A DNA stretch of 64,000 bases from Takakia lepidozioides (lineage: Eukaryota; Plantae; Bryophyta). A program made the position numbers and the translations under genes. The stretch is taken from positions 27,218,001 to 27,282,000 of the forward strand of contig CM060731.1 in the NCBI GenBank assembly GCA_030704615.1. Reading direction: 5' to 3'. The notes under the pieces were generated by a model, which did no database searches, was not told where the DNA came from, and saw nothing but the letters and a program-made list of their open reading frames with translations. Positions 1 through 11,543 of the stretch are shown here, one piece after another (the first letter of the stretch is position 1; every line of letters begins with the position of its first letter).

Positions 1-62
1 TATGGGGCAATGCAGCTTTTAACCCACCTAAAACTCCAGCTGCCAGGGAGTACAGTAGGGCT

Positions 63-950
63 ATGATTATGCCCTTCAACCAAATTCCCATCATGTTGGA
101 TTTGGCTTGGAAAGAATTTAGTCCTCCGCAGTCATTCGCACATTACTACCAAATCATGCGTATTTGGCTGCCAGTGGCAACCAGGACTAAAGTTCTTCCA
201 AACAATCGACATATTGAAGATCATCACTTTGCACAATACTGGCACGAGGCAGGTACCATGTTGAGGGAATTGGTTGCTTTCCAGGTTGTACATGGACTCA
301 TTTATACCAAGACCAAGGAGATAGCAAGTATTGTCATGGGGTGCGGGCTATACTACGCTGCTTGTTTTCTGATACGTTACCACATAGAGCAACAAAAGAT
401 GCAAGCACGCTTTCAAAGTTACTCCAGTGGAGATCATTGGGTATTACCTTCGGTGCCACCTCATATGTACCTATATGACCCAAAAGTTATGATGCAGAAG
501 GATTCTCAAATTCGTTCATGGTTTCAAGCAGCCTGCAACAATTTGTCAACACAGAAATTCGGACTTGATGACATTTTCTATAAGGGACATATGGCATGGA
601 AATACTTGCACGCTGCACCAGTAATTGGTACCCCACTCATCTGGACAGACAAGGAGCTCAGTGTCTACACCAATTTTGCTGTTCAACGGTTACACCAGGT
701 TGTAAAATGCAAACTTCCAGACATGGTAGGACAGCATTGTATGCCCCAGATGATTCCACAAAAAGTTCGAAAATTAAAACACCTGAGAGGCGATGAGGAT
801 TCTGATACAACTGTTTCTTCACAAAATTCTTTTGACACTGGGAGAAGACTATGGCAATTCAGATGGAAGAGAAGAAACAAAGGGGTCTCCTATGCCGGAA
901 AAGATTTACCTCGATATCAAGCCTCCAGAAGGCCTCACTTATCCAGGTAG
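63..950 (+). CDS. C-terminal part of family A 3' extra ORF (unknown function; frame open from the window edge)
   Basis: Protein nearly identical to the C-terminal ~260 aa of ORF 19714..21750. Confidence 0.7.
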   Translation: MIMPFNQIPIMLDLAWKEFSPPQSFAHYYQIMRIWLPVATRTKVLPNNRHIEDHHFAQYWHEAGTMLRELVAFQVVHGLIYTKTKEIASIVMGCGLYYAACFLIRYHIEQQKMQARFQSYSSGDHWVLPSVPPHMYLYDPKVMMQKDSQIRSWFQAACNNLSTQKFGLDDIFYKGHMAWKYLHAAPVIGTPLIWTDKELSVYTNFAVQRLHQVVKCKLPDMVGQHCMPQMIPQKVRKLKHLRGDEDSDTTVSSQNSFDTGRRLWQFRWKRRNKGVSYAGKDLPRYQASRRPHLSR

Positions 951-1106
951 TGATCAACCATCTCCATCAACCAGAGACAGACCTCGGGCTCGTACACACA
1001 GCCCACCACGAAACTCTCAACGTCAACAAGGTGCTCACTCACAAAGGTTTGCTACTCGGAAACAGTAAACCGTGAGGACACGGCTTTTTGAGGGGGGAAG
1101 GGGTAA

Positions 1107-2053
1107 TGTTAGAGGACTGTAGGGGACTTAGACACTTATACGGGATCTGTAGGGTACCCTTAATTTTTGCACAGACTGAGACAAACAGGAACCTTAGGGG
1201 TGACAGCAGCGCACTGTAGAGGGGGGTTACATAGCCCACACAGCCGTCACAGCCCACACAGCCCACACAGCCCGTCACAGTCGTCACAGCCCACACAGCC
1301 CACACAGCCCACACAGCCCGTCACAGTCGTCACAGCAGACACAGCCCACACAGCCAGTCACAGCCCGGCACAGCCACACAGCCAGTCACAGCCCGACACA
1401 GCCAAACACAGCCAGTCACCGCTTGACACAGCTGTCACGATAATAGGGAACGAAGAGTAGGACAGGGAACGACTGTGGGGAACAACACCTGTGAAGGGAA
1501 CATGTTAGTTCACATACGACGGTTAGAGAGGGAAACGGTTAGAACCGCGGATAGGAGGATAAAGGGAAGAACGGGGAATGATGAGGGGATCATTATTCGG
1601 GGAGGACTTCGGAGTCAGGCGGGAGCGGAGATCGGAGAGCACGATGAAGGAGAAAAGAGGATTAGTAGATGCTTGTTATATGCAAAGCTATAGTGATATA
1701 GGAAAGAAGAATAGAGACATAATGGCTTCGGCCTGATACCTGATAAATCATAATCTGATACTTATACGATACAATCACACTGTGTAGAGAGATCTGAGTG
1801 AAGCTGTGGATTGAATGGATTAGTGGAGGGAACCGATAGATCGATGAAGCAAACTGATACTTAATTATCAATGGTAAGGTAGCTAAGATGAATGCGGAAA
1901 GGGAAACAAATAGGAAACACCCCCATGATACACTAGCTGTAGGTCATGACTGATTGTTCTGCGCGGGCTGAGTACTTAGAGATTTCCAACTCTTCTATCT
2001 TGGAGTTTCCGCCTCGGATAGCGAAGGGATGGGTGAGTAAAAGCCGCGCGACA
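1107..2053 (+). repeat. 3' LTR of family A (~950 bp) with internal CACAGCC/TCACAG minisatellite (~1233-1437)
   Basis: TG...CA ends; same sequence as LTRs 18300-19471 and 27884-29023. Confidence 0.93.
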
Positions 2054-4823
2054 GAGACTTCATGATGTCTTTATCTTAGTTACATTCAGCTATAGAGATG
2101 TGTACATTTCAGATATTTCTTGGCGGGCTGATGAGTTGAATTGCTGGCTTATGGCATCTCCTGTGATGAAGCACACTCATTATGTCCTCTTCCTTATGGA
2201 CATATGGATGCTGACACCTTGAAGGAGGCCGCCAATCAAGCAGCCATGCTGCTTGATGGCACAATAATCATTACTAATAAGCGACAGCTCGAATCCAATC
2301 CATCTTCGGTACCCTTGGTACTGCATATCATCGGTTACCTGGTGTCCCTAGGACACATGTTTTCTTTATAGGGCCCACCCCCGAAAGGGGGCAGTAGACA
2401 CAAGGCAAAGTGACTCTTAGTTACTCCGGCTTCGGCCGGAATCTTCTCTCTCTCTCTCTCTAGGATTCAAATATGCTCTTGCTCCTCCTATATCGTCTTC
2501 CTCGTATCCATATGTTTGTTCATAAAAGCTAATCATGTACAACTACAAACTTCTTTCTAAATAACATTTTGACTTTAGGAAGAGAATGAAAGACTTGATA
2601 CTTATTGACCTAGGTCTGGGATTTTTACTTTGATATCATCTTCTGGCTAGTCTGAGGTAGCAGTGCCTTGAGAGCTTTTATCTCCAATTTGCATGGGTTT
2701 CTTTTGGAGTTCCCATAATTTTGCATCAATTAAGACAATGTCATTTGATAATCCAATAGGATATAGCAGGAAATGATGACAACTATGCTAAAGTTCTCAA
2801 GTATCCCAGGCCTCAAGAGAAAATAGACTTGCATCAATCATATCCTATCCATGTCTACAACCACTGACAATGTAATAATATTCATTAAAATTTGCTTTGC
2901 AGTTCTCCCTCTAAAGGTTTATCGTTCCTACCAAATATTGTTGATTGTCAGAGTATTGTTAGCACATACCTTAGTAGGGTTCTAATGTCCAATTTTGTCC
3001 AATTTTCTTAGTTGTAGAGAAAGATAGTTTTTGGATTATACCTTATGAAGAAAGATTCACATTTTTTTTTTACTAAAAAATGAACTAATCTTAGTTGCTC
3101 TCAGTATGGACCACTGTTGGACCGGTACATATGGTCAGACCTAAGTATTCAGGAACGAAAAGGACCAAATACTACCTTTGAGAGGGGCTCACTCTAATAG
3201 TATGTACTATGACTTACCTTGACACAAAAACTTAGTTGGGCTTTCCAGATATCCTCAAGAAAGGCCTTCATACAAGCATCAACCTACTGAGTATGAGCAG
3301 CCCAAAAGTTAGAATATCCCAACAATGCTGGGGTTTAGGCTCAACCTCAAGATTTTGAAGTTGGTGAATAGAGGTGCCGAGACAATGTTCTTGATTGTGC
3401 TCTTGAAGAGGGTCACTCTTTAGTGAGAATATCATGATACATATTGCCTTTACGTTGTCCGTACATCAGGCAATTACAATCTTTTCTTCTCTATTTATTG
3501 TTCAAAGGTAGGTTTCCCACCTTGACTTTAAATTTCAGTCTAGTGAGGAGGGTAGGTAGGCCATTGAGATTCTCCTTAAGGTCTTTGCACATGTCACAGA
3601 TTGAAAGTTCAGGGAGGTTTAATGCCTAACTCCATTTCCATCGGACAGTGTGAGGGCATCAGAGGAGGCTTGGACACATCCCCCTTCAAGTCAGTTTCAT
3701 CCGGTAGGGTCAATTCATGATCATCAGGATTAATATTCAGATTCTTGAAAATCTCATCTACCTTTTCCCGCGAAGACTCAGCCTAGTGAACAGGCGGTCC
3801 GATCCCTTCCAAGAAATACATTTGATTAACATCTTCGGATATCTGGTATTATGCGATTCAACTGACCCCGCCATCTGACCTTGAATTCATCACATCAAAA
3901 GCTTAAGGAAGGTATGCCAAACTCACCCCGGAGAGAAAGAGAAAAGAGAGTCTTGCCGGGGTTGGAGGTTTCGTGCAGGTGTAGTCTGGAAATTCTGGAC
4001 TGGTTTGGTTTTTGAGAATGGCTAGGAGCAACTACAGTTGTAGTCTCCATCATCCCAAGTACCTTGCAAACTCCAGGGAAAAGACCTTGCGCGCGATCTC
4101 GTGCGCTTTCTTTGCATCTTTGCCCAGAGTGCATTCGTTTCCATTGAATTGTGTGAAAGACAATTGTGAGCTTGGATCCATTGGCACATACATACAAAAC
4201 AACGACATCACGAAAGAAAAGCACAAAGTGTGTCATAAGGCAGGCCTGGCCGAAGGGAAACAGCTCTCTCGGAGATACTTGGCCATCTAGAGGGTACCGA
4301 TATGACACACATATTTTTGTGATCATGGTCAACTGTCTAAGCTGGCAGCATGACCAAAAGACAAGAACATGTGGCTGAAATGGAGCAGTTTATTATTATT
4401 ATTATTATTAACTCAAATATTCAAATTCAAAAAATTGTACGCTTGTTTTCTAGGGTAATATTATTTTTTGAAGATTATAACCGGATCAATATCCGTGTTA
4501 AATCTATTGCTCGTATTCACAATCAGATTACTCAATAACCATTGGGTAGTATAATGTACATAACACTCATATTTGCTTTTTTGAAAGAACTACCCAATAC
4601 TAATTAGGAGTAATCGATATTTAGATTCACATCATATAAATAACATTAATTACAACCTCGCTAAGCTAAAATAATAATTAACTATATCACTAAGATATTT
4701 TTTTATCAAGCTAGATACTACAAAATTAAAATCATGTTTTAAGTTGACGTATTCAAATTTAATGTGTAACTTATTTTTCACACACATACTAATTATGATG
4801 GTTTGAACACGTCAATATGACAG

Positions 4824-5759
4824 CTTGAATATCTGAATTATTTACGGGCAAAACATAAGAGGGTCACATCTACAAGAGGTGGAGATTGGTTGATTGGAGC
4901 ATTCGAGGGTACCAAAGCAGGAATACACACCATAGCTCGAAATCTAAGCAAAGTGACACCTCTTCAATCTAGGGAGGAAAGACGAGCTAGAATACCTTCA
5001 AGTATACTTGCAATGGAAGATGGCGACTCATCATCAAGCCGAACACTAGGCCCTCATTTGAGTGTCACTTTAAATCAAAGTAGGAAAATAGAAAGTGCAC
5101 AATCTTCTCATCATCATGTGGATATTGAAGTATTAGATGCAAAGACAAGAGAAAGCATATTGCAAAGAAGAAGTTTAACCATATCTTCTACATCTCAACG
5201 AGCTTTGGATGGAACTGGATTATATCATCGTCGACCGAGCCAAGCTGCAACTCGAGCTATTGTTGGTTCTGGATTCTCCCAAGATACATTAAGACTTCAA
5301 GAAACTGCACAAAACAGGACTGCTCTTCAAAATGCCATATTGACTTTGACTGAAGAACTTGCAACACCTAAAGTGAGAAAATCCCCGAAAATTGAGCCGT
5401 CTATACAACCATTTCCCATCAAACAACATGAGGATCAAATCATAAATAAATATGCAACTATTGGAAAACCCCGTGTTTCATTTGTACTTTCTGATTTTGA
5501 AGGGATCGTAGAACATTTTAGAGAGACACCTTGGTATCAATCTGATTCGGCTTTATTTATATTTCCGGGAAATAACATAATTCGCAAGGTTTTTATCATC
5601 CTAATTGAAAGCAGATTATACTATTGGTCTATCATGTGTTGTGTGATATTGAGTATTGTAGCATCAACGTATTATCATTTCTTTAGTGGATTCATTGGTG
5701 ATATGACCATACACCATTACCGTATTCAATTTCAAAATGTCGACTATTTTCTTTTAGCT
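4824..5759 (+). CDS. Four-domain voltage-gated Ca2+ (Cav-like) channel, exon: II-III linker and domain III S1-S2
   Basis: ACAG acceptor at 4823, GTAAGT donor at 5760, 312 open codons; pre-S1 motif SALFIFPGNNIIRK; splices in frame to 6004. Confidence 0.85.
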
Positions 5760-6003
5760 GTAAGTTCTTAGACTCACATTACACGATTATAACAATAACA
5801 AGTGGAAGCTCTAATTAATATTTTGAGTATAAATAGTTTAACATAGTAAAAATATCAAAATAAATGATTTTTTAATAAGTATATCATGATAATCATATCT
5901 TGAAACAAGCCTGTATAGATTCATCAATTTAGTACTTAGCATGATATTTTTATCACATATTCAATATGATGATTCAATTTAAACCATGCATTTCATGTCA
6001 TAG

Positions 6004-6981
6004 GTGTTCACACTTGATGCGATAATGAAATCCATTGCATATGGCTTGCTTTTTGCACCTGAAGCTTATCTCGGTGATCCGTATAATTTTCTTGATGTTG
6101 CTAATACCATATTTCAAATGTTTACTCTGTTTATCTTGAAGACTCCTTTGTCACATTTTGGTGCCAATGTGCACATAATGTATGCAGTAAGGACATTTCG
6201 AATTATACCTCGAGTTGCTGGTTTGAGATTATTGACTACTACAATTATTCGTACGATACCTGCAGTAACATCTGTTTTTGCATTTAGCTTCATAATATAT
6301 TGCATTTTTGCTGTCATAGGTGTACAACAATTTCGAGAACGGTTTGCTTCTTGCTCCGATTATGATAAAAAACGTGCAAATTGCATTGGTTATACAGTTA
6401 ATCCCAACGGAATCCTTGCTCCTCGAATTTGGAAAAACCCACAGTTACATTTTGATGACTTTGGAAACGCTATGTTATCATTGTTTGTGTGTTCTACAAC
6501 TGACAACTGGATAAATTATTTCCTTCATGTCTCCATGGATATTCCCCAAGAGCTTTATGACAGTCCACAACAAAATGCAAGTTCGGCTAATGCATTTTTT
6601 TTCATATCTTTCATCATCATCGGAACATGGTTAGTTATGCGTTTGTTGATAGGTATTTTCATCGATCAATTTGGAATAAGTTCGGGTTCTAAAATGTTAA
6701 CAGAGCGCCAAAAACTTTGGCGTGATATGAATCGTCTTCTACAACGCTTAAGGCCAAGGCACACACCAAAAGCACCTCGTTGGATTGTGGGTGCATATTG
6801 TTACAAAATAATCAATTCTCAAGTATTTGCAATGACAATGGTTTTGATTATTCTTGCAAATTATATATATTATACCACTCAAACCTACCACTTGCAAGTT
6901 ACAACTACTTCAAAAAATATTGAAGCAATATTTGTTTCTTTGTATTTACTTGAGCTCGTTTTAAGATTGTTGGGAAACAAG
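6004..6981 (+). CDS. Cav-like channel exon: domain III S2-S6, III-IV linker, domain IV S1-S2
   Basis: YLGDPYNFLD, S4 VRTFRIIPR, pore FDDFGNAMLSLFVCSTTDNW, linker LTERQKLW; AG/GT boundaries, phase 0. Confidence 0.92.
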
Positions 6982-7215
6982 GTAAATCGTTTAAGCAAAT
7001 CTATCAGATGTTAGCAAAAGTTATCATTCAAGTATATAATTTTTTGTAACTTTTTTTACTCATCCTTTAGATAAAACCTTTCATCAATTTTTTAACAAAT
7101 TTGATCATGTACTTGTACCTCTTTCACATCAGACCATAGAGAACGCGTGATTAATTAGGTAGCAATTTCAGAGCATATTTTTTTTGCTTATTTTGATGTA
7201 ATCTTGTCCATGCAG

Positions 7216-7575
7216 TTACGTGACTGGATACATAATTCGTGGAATGTCATAGAGTTTATAATTGTAATAGTATCAGCATCATGTTTATATCCAAAAGCAA
7301 AAGAGAAAGAAAAAATAAATATACAACACATATTTTCTTTAGTACGAATTTTTCGAATTATTCGGTTTCTACCAGCGCTTACCACATTAGTTCACACGAT
7401 TTTTGTTGCTTTGCCATCACTGGTATATTTGCTCATGCTTCTTGTACTATTCTTGATAACGTTCACCGAATTGTTTATGACACAATTCAGTCATATGCAA
7501 GGACGTCCGGGTATTTGCTTAGATAGAGATGTAGGATTCTTCACTTTCACTCAAGCATTTGTGGTAATATTTCAG
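7216..7575 (+). CDS. Cav-like channel exon: domain IV S3-S5 and pore helix
   Basis: WNVIEFIIV, S4 VRIFRIIRF, FFTFTQAFVVIFQ; GCAG acceptor and GTAAT donor. Confidence 0.9.
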
Positions 7576-7902
7576 GTAATATTTCTCAAATATTTTTCAG
7601 TGAATAAAATCAAAAGTTGGATTTTAATATTATATATTTACATACATAGATAGATAAGTTGAATAAAGTAGTCTTTGTGAAAATGTGTCTTTCATTCGTG
7701 CTAAATAAATACTATTGTGAACTATGATAAGTCAATAATCAAAATGTAATGTAAGATTTATAATAATACTTAATCTCGTTTAAGATTCAAAATTATGATT
7801 GGTCTATTTAGATATTCAACTATTGACAATAATTTGCATCAAGGCAATGAATACTACATGAATTGTTTTACTATATGTTTGACTTGTTATTGAATTTCAC
7901 AG

Positions 7903-8186
7903 ATCACTACGCTTGATAATTGGTCATGTATCATGACAGATCTCATGACTTCCCAACCTCATTGTACAAAGTCAGTTTTTGGTGTTGGTGATTGTGGAAG
8001 TTATATCAATTCCCTTATTTATTGTATCTTGATTGTATTTATCAATGCACATATTATTACGAACTTATTTATTGCCCAAATTATAGATACAATTACATTT
8101 GGGCTACTAAATGAGAATGCAATGATTACCCCTAAGCATTTGACAGATTATCAAGTTCTTTGGACCGAGGATGAATATGATCCCAA
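7903..8186 (+). CDS. Cav-like channel exon: domain IV selectivity filter, S6, start of EF-hand-like tail
   Basis: ITTLDNW filter, NLFIAQIID S6, W..YDP; ACAG acceptor and GTAAT donor. Confidence 0.9.
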
Positions 8187-8433
8187 GTAATGATATAAAA
8201 ATTTATATTTTAATTATGTAACATATGACTAAATCAGATATATAATAATAACACTAACCAACATAACTGGACATTTACAACTTTGTTCCAAAGATGTGTG
8301 CTTGATAAAGTAGAGAAACAAGCGAAAGAGAATATGGAGAGAAGACTTTAGCTAAAGCCGACATATATAACTGAGAACCACTTCACTTCATGGCTATTGT
8401 CCACTGTCTTATTTACGTTGACTTCGGTTGGCG

Positions 8434-8465
<32 letters not shown>

Positions 8466-9122
8466 CCAAACAGAACGCAATAGTCCTTTCAGGGTGAAGT
8501 GACACCATAAGTTACGTTTGCCTTGACAAGACTCTTCTTTCTTTAGAAGAGAGAGTACGTCGCTTTACCTTGTGACTACTATGATCCCTATCTTCTTCAA
8601 ATGATACTAGGGTAGCATGTGCCGTTGGCCCAAGTGTCCAGTGTCATCTAAGTCCAAGTGCAATCCCCTATGTATCAAAGTGCGTATCCTATGTCGAGGC
8701 CCAAATGCAACCTCTAGGGTAGCCTTTGCTATTGGCCCAAGTGTCCAATGTCATCTAAGTAAGTTTTTTTCCACAGAGCCTACGACCAGATTTGAACCGG
8801 AGACCTTTCCCTTGATATCTCTCCCGTCGAGGCTCCAACCATTGTCCTAGAGGAATGCCCACTTTGCCATTTTTGCTATTTTTTGTGAATTTCCAGCGAC
8901 CAAAAGTACTTGGAATTCCATATCTCCCTCACCGCTGGTCCAAAAATCATGAGACCAAACCGGTGCACCCCTCCTCCTCGAGGGCTTTCCAATGGCACCA
9001 AGCACCCGCACTGGGCCGTGGTTTGGGAGATCTCAGCGACGCTACAAAACAAAACAAAACAAAACAAACGTCTCGCTTCATATATTGATATTCTTGTAGA
9101 TTGTTTAATTGTGTATTTGCAG

Positions 9123-9215
9123 ATGTACTGGATATATTGGATTGCATAAATTGCGAGATTTTGTTAATGCGCTTGGAGTTCCTTTGGGTCGAAGACATAA
9201 TAGTCCAGCTAAATG
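9123..9215 (+). CDS. Cav-like channel exon: EF-hand-like C-terminal region
   Basis: TTGCAG acceptor; phase-2 join gives DPKCTGYIGLHKLRDFVNALGVPLG, typical of the Cav/Nav post-S6 tail. Confidence 0.75.
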
Positions 9216-9569
9216 GTACAACCTTAAGTTTTTTTCAAATATGTTTAAAATAAAACATTGAATTTTATATAATTCATTCATAACTAAAATATATCTAGAT
9301 GTGTTACCCTATCATCTTGATATATAGGTTTGTTGCTCTTGTACAGAGAGACTATGTCGCATCATGATGAAGTCAACGGAGAAAATATGGTCAACTGACC
9401 TTACACCGTGTCAAGGCACCGATTGTTGTGTGGTGCTTAATCATGCTCCTATCTTCCTCTTATGTTTTGTGAAACCAAGAGAGTCCATCGCCGTTTGAGG
9501 CTTTGTTAGCATGGCATTCTTTTCTCGGTTAAATTAATGTCTTTGTCATTTTAAGGAATACGATATATT

Positions 9570-9806
9570 ATTATCATTATCATTATTTTTATATTTTTAA
9601 AGGAAACCTGGGAGCGACAGCCCACAATTCAGGCCCTTGAGGAGGGGGAAAAATTAACCCCCTTTCATTTATGGGCCATGAGGCCTACAGGACGATCACA
9701 TACTGTCACGAACAATCCCACGCACGGGGCAGGGCAGCGGGTTTGAACCCCGAACCACCATGGCGACACACCGTGCACTTACCAGCTGAGCTACCAGCCG
9801 ATGTGC
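9570..9806 (-). mobile_element. tRNA-derived SINE
   Basis: Minus strand has A box TAGCTCAGCTGG and B box GGTTCAAACCC, ~130-nt body, A/AAT-rich tail; TATTATTAT on both sides. Confidence 0.65.
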
Positions 9807-11543
9807 TATTATTATTATTACTACTACTACTAAAATGAAAATGAAAATTAATCCTTAATGTCCCAACTGATTAGATTTTCGTCGTTGGTTAACTTTGAAA
9901 CACTCATATCTCATTGTGGTTTACTTTGACTTAACTCTGATTTGCCTCCTACACACACTCAAAAGTGATGGATGGAAGCACCATGTGCCCTATACATCCC
10001 CAAGCATGGTATTGCCAAAATATTAGCCATTAGTTCGATGCGACTAGATGAAAATTTTATCATGTGTCAAGGGAATATAAACTTAGGACGTTTAAGAAAA
10101 TTTACAGACTGTACTAGGAAAATATAAAGTGCTCCATGCAATAGTAAAAAATATCCATAAAAAGCTAGTTGATATGATGTATTCATTGGCAGTGGAAGCT
10201 AATGTGGTCTAATATAGGCTGACTTGCATTTAAATCATATGACACGTTAGTATTTTTGGGCATCTTCGGCTGCCAGAGATGCCCCATTCAAATAATAATG
10301 TTGATTTAACTGAGAATGCTTCAATCCAAACGCCTTCGACCAAAGGCAACCCCACCTGAGGTCGCCTTTGTACGCACAACTGTTTTGATGGAGTCCTTCA
10401 AATCATTTGAAAAAATCCACACTTGGCATCTTTGGGAGCTGAAGATGCAATCATAGTCATGATCTTCTATGGGAGTTCTTTTCAGTTTATTATATTTTTG
10501 GTCATCCCCTTGGGTAGGGCTTTCTTCATAATTTTGGGCAACGAGATTGAGAAAAAATCCACCTTCGTTGGACTTTCGGTATCGATGGAATCCAAGGTTG
10601 CTATTTCATGAGCATGAGCCTGAGTGGTATCCATGAAGTGTAACACACTTGGCTTTATCGACGACGATATGGTACCTTACCATGAAAATAGGGTATGCAT
10701 GTCAAGTGAGTACTTTGTGTTTCAGCAATACTAAATTCTGAATGTACTCCAAAATTATACCCAAGAGTTAATCTGAATATACCATTATATTACCATGCAA
10801 ATATTTACTACAGACTTCTTGGTGGGCTTTATACAAAAGGCCCCTTTGCAACAAACGCAAACTGGAATCTGTATCGACATAGCAATATCACATAGGTGGA
10901 CAATGGCTCAATCCACTGAAGTATATTGGAGTGTAGGCCGTAACACAAAAATATATATGTATTGGTAAATTTTTTTGTAGCTCAATATGTGCTTATGAAT
11001 AATAACTGTAAGTGTTATAAAGGGTACTAATTCTTTTAGTATAGAGAGTCTACAAGGTCTAACATAAATCCCAACCTTTGGAAGAGAAGTCATATACTCC
11101 TAAGGATATTTATAATCATAGTGCACATGCCAGCAGATTGGAAGGATAGAAAACAAAATAACGGCATCAAAATTGTATTGAACGACCAAATTGAAGACAC
11201 ATAATTCTGTATATTTAATTGTTGTGCTTGAAAGACTTTGCAACACCCGATTCAGTTGAGTCCAATATATCATCTTGTCCCCACGAGGACTCATATTCAT
11301 TGCTAACATCCATCGATCCATTAGCATGCGAATTTGTGCTACTAGAATTCCACTCAAAACAACCATCTTTTCCTTCAGGAATCCTATAGCAAAGGTCAGA
11401 GGTATCATTCTCCACTCATTCTACTTAAGATGCAGATAGTAGCACAAACTATTGCAGCCACCTAGCTTGCCTAACACTCATCTAATCTCTTTTTCTCTAT
11501 CTTTGTATTGTGGCAAAACTTGCCGCATTTTGCTAGCTGGCTT

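Larger units (their letters stand above)
1..2053 (+). mobile_element. 3' end of a family A gypsy LTR retrotransposon (extra ORF, PPT, 3' LTR); near-identical to the 18300-29023 element in opposite orientation
   Basis: 1-1106 matches the reverse complement of ~19472-20573; purine tract GAGGGGGGAAGGGG precedes TGTT at 1107; ends GCGACA at 2053. Confidence 0.93.

Noticed and set aside
3100-4380. Possible upstream channel exons or retroelement ORF
   Set aside because: No recognisable motifs or transmembrane pattern; only short ORFs
8585-9060. Small repeat-containing insert (duplicated TTGGCCCAAGTGTCCA.TGTCATCTAAGT) in the channel intron
   Set aside because: No convincing TIR or TSD to classify it
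9725-9806. tRNA gene
   Set aside because: A and B boxes present but no clean cloverleaf; attached body and tail indicate a SINE
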